The notes beneath the pieces were generated by a model. It made no database searches, was not told the DNA's origin, and saw only the letters and a program-made list of their open reading frames with translations. This document shows, one piece after another, positions 1 through 15,170 of a DNA stretch of 64,000 bases. The stretch's first letter is position 1. Every line of letters begins with the position of its first letter. Where the stretch lies: NCBI RefSeq assembly GCF_009914755.1, contig NC_060947.1, one strand, 5' to 3'. This stretch comes from the human T2T-CHM13v2.0 reference genome, Homo sapiens. Made by a program: the position numbers and the translations under genes.

Positions 1-415
1 GGAAATTTGAGATGTTTATTGGCAAGCTGGGTAATTCTTTTTCATGAACATCCTTTTTAGGCTTCAAGTGTTTGCTGTTTAATATTTGAATCTGTAGTTC
101 ACTCCCATCCTCTGCCCTGCTGTTATAACTCTATTTTACAGTGTTTGGGCCCAAATTTTAAAAGATTAGGAATGAGGTGAGTTAAGTAGATATTATTCTG
201 CTATGACCATATTTCTCTGGGTGTCCCTCTTCCAGGAGACTATATTTTCTATGAACATCTCTCCAACTGGGAAAGAGCTCAGAAATCTCAACTATACATT
301 TTAATTAAATGAATAACATTTTGAGCATTTCCTCTTTTTCAGGGAAAGGCACTTTATAGCAGCAGAGATTTGTACAGAGCTGGAAATTCAGAAGCATCCC
401 AATCTCTCCTTTCCC

Positions 416-416
<1 letters not shown>

Positions 417-477
<61 letters not shown>

Positions 478-486
478 CACACACAC
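417..486. repeat. (AC)n microsatellite, ~35 units with one interruption
   Basis: Direct read of acacac... from 417 to 486 with aaac at ~461; explains the HTHTHT ORF at 370..645. Confidence 0.97.
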
Positions 487-2574
487 CCTGTCAGAGTAGA
501 CCCCAAATATGCTAAGAAGTTGAGTCTGCCACAGAAGCCTGCTCTAGGGAATGACCTAACATCTTATCACCCTCTCTGCATGGTTGTTTCTCTGGAAATT
601 ATTAGGCCAAGGAGATCTAGAATACTTGGTTTAAGCAGGTTTTAGAATCCAGAGCATCTTTAAAGAGTGTTACAGCAGCATGCAGCCGTGTCTCTCTGCT
701 GCAGGTTATCAGAAAACTTAACACTCAGACTCTGCTGTAGCATGCACCTTTGTGTGAGGGAGTGGAGGGTTTGCCTCCTCCCAAGAAGGATAGATTTAGC
801 TAAATCAATTTTGAGGTTCTGCCTGTGCTTTCACTCCCTCCCTGCCTCCTATCCTGAATTAATTTTCTATCTCTGAATGATGAGTTCCTGATTGAAACCT
901 GATTAGCCTGCTTCCTAAAGCCGTGGAAATACCATCTCCCTTAGACATATACATTATGCATACTGGTTTAATTTCTTATCAGTTTGCTTCCTATCTTAAT
1001 TACCTAAACTCTACAGTTAATGAGTTAGGTTTTCAGGGGTGATAGCACTCAAGAAATAAAACAGGATTTTGAAATTCTATTTTGGAGTGGTGCTGCAACA
1101 CCACACCCACCGCCACCCTAGCAGGGAGGAGAATGATTCCCTTTTGTCATCTTCCCCTAACAAGGTGACCTTCTTAATTGGATTGGCAGAATTTTCTAGA
1201 AAAATGGTGCCTGGCTGTAGGGCTGCAGGCCTCCAAGAATCAGAGGTATTGTGATCCTCTCCACTACTACAGATATCTGGCACACACTTGTGCAATTCTT
1301 TTTCAAACCAATGGGAATGCTGTTGTGAGTGATAGGACAGGACTGATTAGAAGTGTCACTGTAGTCAAAGTAATTTTGTCATTTTTCTCCCAGCTCCCAC
1401 CATGAACAAATATTAAAAATTCAACCACTGTTATGTGGAGGGTGACCTTAAAGTATGTCTTTTGTAATTGAGGTTATTGGGATCTATTACCCTGGGAAGT
1501 TTTTTTTTTTCTGCTGAAATATTTTCTCCTATGGACTTATGGTATAGTCTTTTCCTTTTAAAATGAGGATAGATCACCCACACATCATGCGGCTTCTCTC
1601 ATTTACAGCTTGATTCAAGAGATCAGGAAATATGTTTATTTTAAAAGTGTACTGTAAATGTCCTACCTTAAAAAAGTACATTATCTACCTTCACAGGAAG
1701 TATGTAATCAAGGTGAAATGCTTCTATCGTTTCAAATTATTACTAAATGTATATTACTATCATAATATCCATCAAAATAATATGATTTCTACAGTCTTCA
1801 ATTCACCTCCCAGTTTACTTCCTTAGCCTTATTATAAATAATATCAGGGTGCTTTCAGCTACAATTTGTAGAACACCTGGTTAAAAGTGGCTTAAACAAT
1901 AGGATTTTGTTATCTATATTAACAAGCAGTTTGGAAAGAGGTGATTCTAGATTCTGGCAGGCAAACTATCCTTGGGCCCCAGAGGCTTTCCATCTTTCCT
2001 GTCACCTTCAACCTGTTCCTCCATCTTCACGCTTGTCTTCACATTATTGAAGCATAGTAACCTGACCTCCAGGTATCACGTATACAAAACTGAATCTGAG
2101 CTTCTCCTTCTTGAAAGATGGAGAAGGTCCCAAGAGTTCCGGAAGGAGGCAAAGTGGTCTTTTTCAGCCGCCAGGGTCACACATTTCCTCCAGTACCGTG
2201 AGTTACAGAGAAAAAGTCCTAATCCTTCTGCCTGAATGTTGACCTTATTTTCTAGGTCTTAGAATTCTTTGGTATTGCTTTACATTTCATTTCCCACCCC
2301 TCAAACTGAATTTATTGTGTACTTTCTCTGGAGAACTGGTTCCGAAGGAAAAAGAAAAGCAAGCTTTCTATTAAGCCCTAAAGAGCTAACAGGGTACAGC
2401 AGGACAATTTATATCCAGACAGAGCGTTGGGGTAATAGGAGAAAACAAATATTATGTTCTTGGAGCCCTGGTATCATTTGCATATTTCCAAAGGAAAATA
2501 AATTTGATGCTAGAATGCCATCTCTTTAAAAGCACTCAGTTCAACATCTAATACTAATTCCACAATATTAACAC

Positions 2575-2893
2575 CAGCAATGTCCAGTATGGCAGCAACT
2601 AGCCACATGTGACTACTGAGCAAGTGGGATGTGGTTATTCCAAATTGAAATGAGCTCTAAGTGTAAAACCCACATGAGATTTTGAAGATTTAGTATAAAA
2701 ATTCAAAATATCTTAATAATTTCTACATTTGATACCATGTTGAAAAGATAATATTTTGGATATATGAGGCTAAATGAAAGATACTATTAAAATTAATTTC
2801 ACTTCTTTCTACTTTTTTTTACTGTGGTTACTAAGAAATTTAAAATTTCCCCTGTAGCTCCCATATCTGGTTTGTGTTACAGTGGACAAGACA
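2575..2893 (-). mobile_element. MER33-like hAT-Charlie non-autonomous DNA transposon
   Basis: Starts cagcaatgtccagtatggcagcaactagccacatgtg, AT-rich core, ends ...agtggacaag; resembles the reverse complement of the MER33 consensus as remembered. Confidence 0.65.
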
Positions 2894-3059
2894 TTTTACA
2901 GATATGTACACTAAGTGTACACCAGAAAAATGCCAGATTAGCCAAGATCTGTTCCTTGGATGGCATTTCCCTTTTTTCATGTCAGGAAAAGTGTGTTTAC
3001 AATAAAAACAAGGATGTCTCACTCTAATGTATTATTTATGTGCTCAGAGAGTGTCCTGA

Positions 3060-3560
<501 letters not shown>

Positions 3561-4689
3561 ATCTGGGCTCTCCAGTATTCCAGAAATCTTTCTTTATAAG
3601 CAAAAGTAGGTGTCTGGGGCTTACAACAGTCAATCAGTCATCAGATATAAGTATCTAAAAGTAACAGAATCACTGATTTCCTCACACTGTGTTCAGATGT
3701 TCAAGTAAATGTAGCTTCTTTATATCCTAGATGGATTTGAACTTCCTTGTGATTTCCTGCCCGAATTGGGTACCAAAAAAGGTGGGGGGTGAGGAACCAG
3801 CCTTGCTAAGCCCAGTGTCCCCATCTCTGCTCACCAGGTGCGTCTGTCTCTTTGGAGTGACTGCACGTCTATGAATTAAGCACTCTATTTTTCAGGATGC
3901 CTCCCCTGCCCTTCTCCTTCCCTGAGATGGCAGCACCCAGGTGTATGGGAGAGACACTGCGTGCCACCTCCTGGCAGAGGGGTACCAGGACCTACTGGCC
4001 TGAGGCTGGGCCCAGGGCTGGGTCAGGCCCGAGTTTGCTCACATGGGTTCCTCTGAGTTCTGCTGGACTCTGCTGCTGAGCTCTTCAGCTGTCAGGGCCT
4101 GTCCTCTGCTTGCTTCCAGGCCTTGGCTTGGGTTGGTCTACTGTGAGCTGCGGCCCAGGAGCCACACCATGGCCTCTTCCAAGGGCCTGGACTGGGCAGT
4201 TCTACACAGGGGCACCATGGAAGGCTCTCATCCCTCAGCTTCACATCCCACCCTCCCATGGATGAGGCTGTGCTCCTGGGTTCCACATTGCCTCACCAAA
4301 GGGCCACTTTCTGCCCTCTGTCAGCATGACCACAGCTCTCCTGCTTGGGAATGTGGGATCAGACAGCACCCCAGACAAGGGACCCTCAGACAGTGCCCAA
4401 TGGGAAGAGACAGAGAAACCCCTGAGCCTCTGGTATTGCCTCAACCAATTTATTGTGTCCTTCCCAGGCTTAGTTGTGGAGGAGGCTGTCAGGATACAGG
4501 GGCCTCAGTAACAGCCTCCCTCTTCCCACAGTCTATGGATGCCTAATGCCTCTTGCTCTACTTCATAGCCTCCTTGCTCTAGGCCAGCAAGCCTCCAGTG
4601 CCAGGCATCCCAGGTTGAAGCAGTGTCCTCTCTGCACTGTGGGGGCACTGTGGCCTCAGCCCTCTAAGACTTGCTTTTGATCTGCTAAG

Positions 4690-7600
4690 TGAGAGATACA
4701 CAAAAAATAAAAAAGCAAGAAATTAATTCATATTACAGGAGAAAACCATCTTCACTAAAAGGAAGACAGGAAGGAAAGAAAGAAGGAAGAGAAGACCACA
4801 AAATAACTAGAAAATAAATAACAAAATAGCAGGAGTGACTCCTTACCTATCAATAATAACATTGAGTGTAAATGGACTAAACTCTCCAATTAAAAGACAT
4901 AGAATGGCTGAATTGATTAAAAAAAAAAGATCCAGTGATCTTTTGCCTATAAGAAACACACTTCACCTATAAAGAAACACATACATTGAAAATAAAGGGA
5001 TGGAAAAAGACATTCCATTTCAATAGAAACCAAAAAAAAGAGTAGGAGTAGCTATACTTACATCAGACAAAATAGATTTCAAGACCAAAAGTATAAGAAG
5101 AGACAAAGAAGGTTACTATGTAATGATAAAGTGGTCAATTCAGCAAGAGGATATAACAATTATAAATATATATGCACCCAACACTGGAGCACGCAGATAT
5201 ATAAAGTAAATATTATTAGAGCTAAAGAGAGAGAAACCCCAATACAATAATACCTGGAAACTTCAACACCCCACTTTCAGCATTGTAGAGACCTCCAAGA
5301 CAAAAAAAGTCAACAAAGAAACATCAGGCTTAATCTGTACTATAGATTAAATCGACTTAATAGATATTTACAGAACATTTCATCCAATGGCTGCAGAATA
5401 CACATTCTTTTCCTCAGCACATGGATCTTTCTCAAGGTTAGACCATATGTTAGGTCACAAACAAGTCTTTAAACATTTTAAAAAATTAAAATAATATTAA
5501 GCATCTTCTCTGACCACAATGAAATAAAAGTAAAAATCAATAACGAGAGGAATTTTGGAAACTACACAAACACCTGTAAATTAAACAATATGGTCCTGAA
5601 TGAGTAGTGGGCAACTGAATAAATTAAGAAGGAAATTGAAAAGTTTCTTGAAACAAATAATAATGGAAACACAACATACCAAAACCTATGGGACACAGTA
5701 AAAGTGGTACTATGAGGAAAGATAATAATAGCATTAACCGCCTACATTAAAAAATAAGGGTTAGTTTAAATAAACAACCTAATGATGCATCTAAATAACT
5801 AGAAAAGCAAGAGCAAACCAAACCCAAAATTAGTAGAAGAAAAAAATTATAAAGATCAGAGCAGAAATAAATGAATTTGAAATGAGGAAAACAATACAAA
5901 ATACCAATGAAACAAAAAGTTTGTTTTTTGAAAAGATAAAATTGACAAAACTTTAGCCAGATTAACTAAGAGAAGACCCAAATAAATAAGAGCTGAGATG
6001 AAAAAGGAGACATTACAACTGATACTGCCAAAATCTAAAGGATTATTAGTGGCTAGTATGAGCAACTATATGCCAATGAATTGGAAAATCTAGAAGAACT
6101 AGATAAATTCCATAAATTCCTAGATACATACAACCTACCAAAATTGAACCATGAAGAAATGCAAAACCTGAACAGACTGATAGCAAGTAACAAGATTGAA
6201 GCCATAATAAAAAGTCTCCCAGCATAGAAAAGCACAGAACCCAATGGCTTCACTGCTGAATTCTACCAAACATTTTAACAACTAATACCAATTCTACACA
6301 AACTATTTTTAAAAATAGAGGAGGAGGGAATACTTCTGAACTCATTTTACGAGGCCAGTATTACCCTGATACCAAAACCAGACAAAGACACATCAAAAAA
6401 AGAAAAAAAGAAAACTCCAGGCCAGTATCACTGATGAATATCGATGCAAAAATCCTCAATAAAATAGTAGCAAGCTGATTTCAACAGCACATTAAAGAGA
6501 TTATTCATCATGACCAAGTGAGATTTATCCCAGGGATGCAAGCATGGTTCTACGTATGGAAATAGATTAATGTGATACAGTATATCAACGGAATGGAAGG
6601 CAAAAACTGCATGATCATTAAAATTGATGCTGAAAAATCATTTGACAAAACTGAACATCTCTTCATGATAAAAACCCTGAAAAATCTGAGTATAGAAGGA
6701 ATATACCTCAACATAACAAAAGCCATATATGACAGACCTGTAGTTGGTATCATATTAAATGGAGAAAAACTACAGGCATTTCCTCGAAGATCTATAACAC
6801 GATAAGGATGCCCACTTTCACCACTGTTCTGTAAATCCTAGCTAGAGCAAACAGACAAGAGAAAGAAATGAAGGGCACCCAAATGGAAAGGGAGAAGTCA
6901 AATTATCCTTGTATGTAGATAATATGATTTTATATTTGGAAAAACTTAAAGACTCCACCAAAAAAACTATTAGAACCAATAAACAAATTCTGTAAAGTTG
7001 CAGAACACAAAATCAACATACAAAACTCAGTAGTATTTCTATATGCCAACAGTGAACAATCTGAAAAAGAAATAATCTCATTTACAATAGCTACAAATAA
7101 AATAAAATACATAGGAATATAGCAAAAAAGTGAATGATCTCTATAAAGAAAATTATAAAACATTGATGCAAGAAATTGAAGAAGATGCAAAAAATGGAAA
7201 GACATTCCATGTTTATGGATTGGAAGAATCAATATTGTTAAAATGTCCACACTACCCAAAGAAATCTACACATTTAATGTAATCCCTATCACAATACCAA
7301 TGACATTCTTCAAATAAATAGAAAAAACAGTCCAAAATTTATATGGAACACAAAAAGACCCAGAATAGCCAAAGCTATCCTAAGGAAAAATAAAACCGGA
7401 GGAATCTCATCACCTAACTTTGAATTACACTGCAGAGATATAGTAACCCAAAGGGCACAGTAGTGGCGTAAAAACAGACACATGGATCAGTGGAACAGAA
7501 TAGAGAATCCAGAAACAAATCCACACACCCACAGTGAACTCATTTTTGACAAAGGTGCCAAGAACATACACAGGAAAAGACAGCCTCTTCAATAAATGGT

Positions 7601-9312
7601 GCTGGGATGATTCTACATCCATGTGCAGAAGAATGAAACTAGACTCCCATCTCTCACTATGTATAAAAATCAAATCAAAATGGATAAAAGTCTTAAATCT
7701 AATACCTCAAACTATGAAGCTACTAAAAGAAAACATTGGGGAAACTCTTCAGGACACTAGAGTGGGCAAAGATTTCTTGAAAAACACCCGACAAGCACAG
7801 GCAACCAAAGCAAATATGGACAAATTGGATCTCATCAAGTTAAAAAGCTTCTGCACAGCAAAGGAAACGATCAACAAAGTAAAGAGACAACCCACAAAAT
7901 GGAAGAAAATATTTACAATCTACCCATCTGACAAGAGATTAGTAACCAGAATATATAAGGAGCTCAAACAACTCTTTAGGAAAAAAATTTTATAATCTGA
8001 TTTTAAAAAGGGCAAAGGATCTTAATAAACATTTGGCAAAAGATAAGACATACAAATTGCAAGCAGACATATGAAAAGGTGCTCAACATCATTGATCATC
8101 AGAGAAATGCAAATTAAAACTACAATGAGATATTATCTCACCCCAGTTAAAATAGCATTTTTTTTTTTTTTTGAGACAGAGTCTCACTCTGTTGCCCAGG
8201 CTGGAGTGCAGTGACCCGATCTAGGCTCACTGCAAGCTCCGCCTCCCGGGTTCACGCCATTCTCCTGCCTCAGCCTCCCAAGTAGCTGGGACTACAGGCG
8301 CCCGCCACCACTCCCGGCTAATTTTTTGTATTTTTAGTAGAGATGGGGTTTCACCGTGTTAGCCAGGATGGTCTTTATCTCCTGACCTCGTGATCCGCCC
8401 GCCTCGGCCTCCCAAAGTGCTGGGATTACAGGCATGAGCCACCATGCCCTGCCTAAAATAGCTTTTAACCAAAAGACAGGCAATAACAAATGCTGGCAAG
8501 AATGTGGAGACAAGGGAAGTCTCATATGCAGTTGGTGGGAATGTAAATTGGTACAACCAATATGGAGAACCTAGTTTTCTTTACAGTAGGTTTAAGTGGG
8601 CTTAAAATATTCAGTAAATCATGCTCTAAGCAGATGTGCTGTCATCTAGGCTTTGTTGTTTCATTTCTGGAGCACAGGCAGAGTAGATTTGGCATAATTC
8701 TTATGGGCCCTAGGAGTTTGGAATGGTAAATGATCATTGCTTTCAGCTTAAAGAAAAGAAAGAAAATGTGGTACATATACGCACTGGAGTACTATCCAGG
8801 CATAAAAAGGGATGAGATCCTCTCATTTGCAACAACATGTGTGGAACTGGAGATCATTATGTTAAGTGAAATAAGCCAACCACAGAAAGACAAACTTTGC
8901 ATGTTCTTCCTTATTTGTGAAAGCTAAAAATTAAAACAACTAAACTCATGGATATGGAGAGTAGAATGATGGTTACCAGAAGATGAGAAGGGTATTGGTT
9001 GGAGGCAGAGAGGGTGTGGTCAGGAAGAAGTGGGGATTGTTAAGTGGTACAAAAACATAGTTAGAAAGAATGAGTAAGACCTAGTATTTGCCAGCACCAC
9101 AAAGTGACTATAGTCAAAAATAATTTAGTTGTACATTTTAAAATAATGAAGAGTGTAATTTGTTTGTAACACAAAGGATAAATGCTTGAGGTGATGAATA
9201 CCCCATTTACCTGGATGTGATTATTATGCATTGCATGCCTGTATCAGAATATCTTATGTGACCCATGAATGTATACACCTATTATATACTTACAAAAATT
9301 AAAAACAAAAAA
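4690..9312 (+). mobile_element. Old 5'-truncated LINE-1 (L1MA-type), decayed ORF2 and 3' UTR, interrupted by AluY and a Tigger-derived insert
   Basis: ORF2-like fragments in the track (IDAEKSFDK at 6572.., [24 protein letters not shown] at 7534.., MWYIYALEYY at 8730..); L1MA-like 3' UTR ending in an A-rich tail at ~9310. Confidence 0.9.
8158..8453 (-). mobile_element. AluY element inside the L1MA
   Basis: Diagnostic ctgcaagctccgcctcccgggttcacgccattctcc and ttagccaggatggtct; TSD taaaatagc at 8148-8156 and 8454-8462. Confidence 0.95.
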
Positions 9313-11070
9313 ATGAAATTGCAGCAATTCAGTCACTTCTTTATACTCCACTTCTAATTCTAGCTCTCTTGCTATTTCTACCACATCTGCAGTTGCTTCC
9401 TCCATTGAAGTTTTGTATCCTTCAAAGCTATCCCTGAGGGTTAGAATTAACTTATTCCAAATTCCTGTTAATGTTGATATTTCTGACTTTCTCCCATGAA
9501 TCATGAATGTTCTTAATGTCATCTTAAATGGTAACTTTTTTCAGAAGGTTTTCAATTTCCTTTACCTAAATCCATCAGACTAATCACTGTGTATGGCAGC
9601 TACAGCCTTACAAAATGTATTTCTTACATAATAACACTTGAAAGTTTAAACAACTCTTTGATCCATGGGCTGCAGAAAGGATGCTATGTTAGCAGACATG
9701 AAAACAACATTCATCACCATGCACATTTCCATCAGAGTTCTTGGTTGACCAGGTGCAATGTCAATGAGCAGTAATATTTTGAAAGGATTTTTTTTCTCTA
9801 CAGTAGGTTTATGTGGGCTTATTCAGTAAACCATGTTGTACACAGATGTGCTTTCATCTAGAAATGTGCTTCATTTCAAGAGCACAGGCAGAGTACATTT
9901 GGCATAATTCATATTGGCCCTAGGAGTTTTGGAATGGTAAATGAGCATTGTCTTCAGTTTAAAGTTACCAGCAGCATTAGCCCCTAGCAAGACAGTCAGT
10001 GTCTTTTGAAGTTTCGAAGCCAGGCATTGTCTTCTCCTCTTTGGCTATGAAAGTCCTAGATGCATCTTCTTCCAATACAAGGCTGTTTGTCTACATTGAA
10101 AATATGTTGTTTAGTGTAGCCACCTTCTTCAATGATCTTAGCTGAATCTTCTGGGTGACTTTTTGCAGCTTCTCCACCTGCACTTGCTGCTTCACCTTGC
10201 ATTTTTATGTTATGGAAACAGCTTCTTTCTTTAAACCTCATGAACCAACCTCTGCTAGCTTCCAACTTTGTTTCTGCAGCTTCCTCACCTCTCTTATCCT
10301 TCACAGAATTGAAGAGCTAGGGCCTTGCTCTGGATTAGGCTTTGGCTTAAGGGAATGTTGTGGCTGGTTTGATCTTCTATCTCGACTATTAAAACTTTCT
10401 CCATATCAGAAATAAAGCTGTTTTCCTTTTTGTCATTTCTATGTTGACTGGAGTGGCACTTTTAATTTCCTTCAAGAACTTTTCCTTTGCATTCAAAACT
10501 TGGCTGTTTGGCACAAGAGGTCTGGTTTTTTGCCTCTCTCAGCTTTCAACATGCCTTCTTCACTAAACTTAATCATTTCTAGCTTTTGGTTGAAAGTGTA
10601 CATGTGTAACTCTTCCTTTCACTTGAAAACTTAGAGGCCACTGTAGGGTTATTAGTTGGCCTAATTTAATATTGCTGTGTCTCAGGGATAGGAAGGGCTG
10701 AGGAGTGGGAGACAGATGGGGGAACTGTCAGTTTGTGGAACAGTCAGAACGCACACACGTTTATCCATTAAATTTGCTGTCTTATATGGGTGTGGTTTGT
10801 GGAAGAATTCCGATAGTAACATCAAAGATCACTGATCACAGATCATCATAACAAATACAATAATAGTGAAAAAGTTTGAAATTTTTCATTTCTTTAAAAC
10901 ATTTCAGAGAATTACCAAAATGTAGCAGAGACACAAAGTGAGCACATGCTGTTGGAAAAATGGTGCCGATAGACTTGATTGAGATAGAGCTGCCACAAAC
11001 CTTCAATTTGTAAAAAAAAAAAAAAAAAAATGCAATTATGTTCAAAGCACAACAAAATGATGTATGCATG
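9312..11070 (-). mobile_element. Tigger1 (pogo/TcMar) DNA transposon, 3' end missing
   Basis: Minus-strand ORFs read [28 protein letters not shown] (CENP-B-type HTH) and EEATADVVEIARELELEVE; a decayed terminal repeat ends at ~11070 followed by TA. Confidence 0.9.
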
Positions 11071-13057
11071 TATGCCATTTCCAAAGGAATCCCTTGGCAG
11101 TCACATTCCCCTTGGCCAGCAGGTGGCAGTGCTTGCTCATCGAGGTACAGAATATTGACCCTGCCTTAGCATCAGGGCCCAGCAGGAGTTTTAGCTTGCT
11201 GTTTTACGCTGCATGTGTTCTAATTTTCTCCCTTTTATATTTCTTATTCTGTGACTTGTTGTTTCTTTCCCACCACTTCTGTTCCCCTCCAATGCTAGAC
11301 CCATCTCTATTATGCACCTAACAGCCTCCTCAAATATGTGCCTTGTAGAATGTGGCCTTTCAGGAATGTAGGTGAGGCTTACGTATCACCCCCTGAAAGT
11401 CCCAATGAGAAATAATGCATTTAAAACAAGCCATCTTGAAAAGCCTGAAAAATTATGACTAAATCACAAAATATTAAGTCCTAAAGGGGAAGGGAAGACA
11501 GATACTCAGCTGGCCTGCCCATGTTCACCACTCCAAACCCATGACAGGCCGAGATGCTCAGTGTGAGGCTCTGTTACCACACTGGGACTTGCCATGGCTT
11601 CAGAGTCCTTCTGAGCACAGCTACTCAAGAAGCTTCTCCTCCTAACAGGCAAGCATGACACACTCTGCCAAACCAGGAAGGGCAAGTTTCTGTAATAGGG
11701 TACACTATATGTGCAGTTCCCAGGCATTACATCCTGCATTTAGCTGCATTCCAGGGGCCACTGGCTAAGTCTTTCCACCTTTTTCTCTTCTCCAGTATGA
11801 TAACAACAATGCATTAATAATAGCAGCTACTATTAATGAGCCCATGCTATATGTGAGGCAATTCATGATTCATATGCATTATCACATGTATTCTTCAAAA
11901 CAAGATGAAAAGTAGAAGTTACACAAGTGGAGACCACAGACTAGGTTAAAAAATTGGTCAACGGCAAAGTCACACAGACAATAAGGGGAAGAACCAACAT
12001 TGAGTTGAAACCATCTGACTTTCAAAACCTTACTCTTAACCTCCCACTCTTTTGAGGTACTCCAAGCCACCACATGTTCTCCCTTCAGCTGCTAAAAGTG
12101 GAGCAACGCCATCACCCCCATGTCCACCCACACCCACAATTTCCCTTTGCCACCCCCCACTCATAGCTCTGCAGATCAGATTTGGCAGCCGATCTGCTGC
12201 TCTGGAAAGGCTGTGGTCCTTTAGTTCAGGGTCCCATCTCCAGCATTATGGGAAAGAGGCCCTATAGTACCCAGGTAGGCAATCAGCCCAGTGGCAAAGG
12301 GTAGCTGGGCTTAAGGCGAGGGACCTCACACCGCCAGCAGGGCTGCAGGAGCCTGGTGGACTTGTGGCATGTGGGGAAACCCGAAGGGAGGCTTAGAGGT
12401 GGCATGTCCCCTGATTCAGAGCTGGTGTTTGGCGTCTCTGAGTCATCAGTAATTCTCCACACCCTGGGGGAGGGCAACTCCTCAAAGGACCCATAAAGAA
12501 ATAAATTCTCATCTGAGTGGCTGTTGAGGTGAGGGAAGGGGTCAGGTCTTCTGCAGCCTGGGTGAGGTATATGAACAAACCATTCTTGCAAAAACTGGCC
12601 TGGTTTCTCTGTGAGAGCACTGTCGAGAGATGTCACATTCCTGTTGCTTTCATTATGTGGTGCATTCCCAGGTCTGATGAAGAAGAAAGAGAGGGGCAGA
12701 TTGCCATGATAGTTTTGGTTGACTGCATCACTAATTTCATTGACCTGAAAAATGGGTAGCCATGGAAACTGTGGAAGGCTTGTTCTGGAAGGGCCCTACT
12801 AGCCTAGTGTTGCTATATCTTTTGTAACTTATGTTCCAGAAGTCTTCCACCTGTGGGTTACAAACTATTAATGGATCCTCATATAAATTTAGTGAATCTC
12901 AACCAAACATTTTTAAAAAGGAAATATACAAGAATCAAATACAAATGAGATATCCTACAGCACTCCTCATGTTGAGTCAAGTAACCTTTGGGAGAATTTT
13001 TGTTTCCATTCTACACAGTTATGAGTACACCGAGTCACAATATAAAATGTGTTCTTA

Positions 13058-13456
<399 letters not shown>

Positions 13457-13468
13457 TTATTTTTCCAG

Positions 13469-14368
<900 letters not shown>

Positions 14369-14999
14369 TAATTTTTTGATAGAGAAGTGGTAAATCATGA
14401 ACTAGGCTGAAATAAATCAAACTTAGACATATGCGAGGAAGGGGACAACGCTCAGGAAGATTCCTACCTACCCTGAAGAATTCCAGAGAAACTAGAGGCA
14501 TGAAGAAGGGGAAGAGTGAAACATAGGAATGAAAAGAGTCAAGTCTGTCATCCAACGGATGGAAGTTTCAGAAAGAGAGTATAGAAATAGCACATGAGAG
14601 AAAAGTGCCAGAAATTATAAGATACTTTATCTGAGCCAAATAATACAAGTCATCATATGGATAGAGTCCACAGAGTAGCCATCACCTTGAAAATAATTTC
14701 TTATGTCTAGACATATTGTTACAAAATTTCAGAACATGGAGGTTCAAGTAAATTTGCAACAGCCTCCAGAAGGGAAATATTAAAGCAAAACAAAACAAAT
14801 CAAAACACAGGTAACCCATAAAGTAGCAAGAATCAAACTTGTTTCAGCAACACTGGAAACTAGAAGACCATGGACCAAGGCCCATGGACCAGGGACCACA
14901 CCTGAGAGAGAAAAAGCATATGCCGTCTCTTTATGTACATATGACCATGGGAAATTTCATAGAAACTCAAAGTTCTGCCGGAAGTGGTATTCAACCTAG

Positions 15000-15170
<171 letters not shown>

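Noticed and set aside
370-645. His/Thr-repeat ORF (91 aa)
   Set aside because: Translation artefact of the (AC)n microsatellite; non-ATG start.
1-2570. Possible terminal exon/3' UTR of the upstream gene (XK)
   Set aside because: No recognisable coding sequence or exon boundary; it cannot be supported from sequence alone.
4043-4546. 167-aa ORF in the GC-rich block
   Set aside because: No recognisable domain; this length is unsurprising in GC-rich DNA, and several overlapping ORFs are of similar quality.
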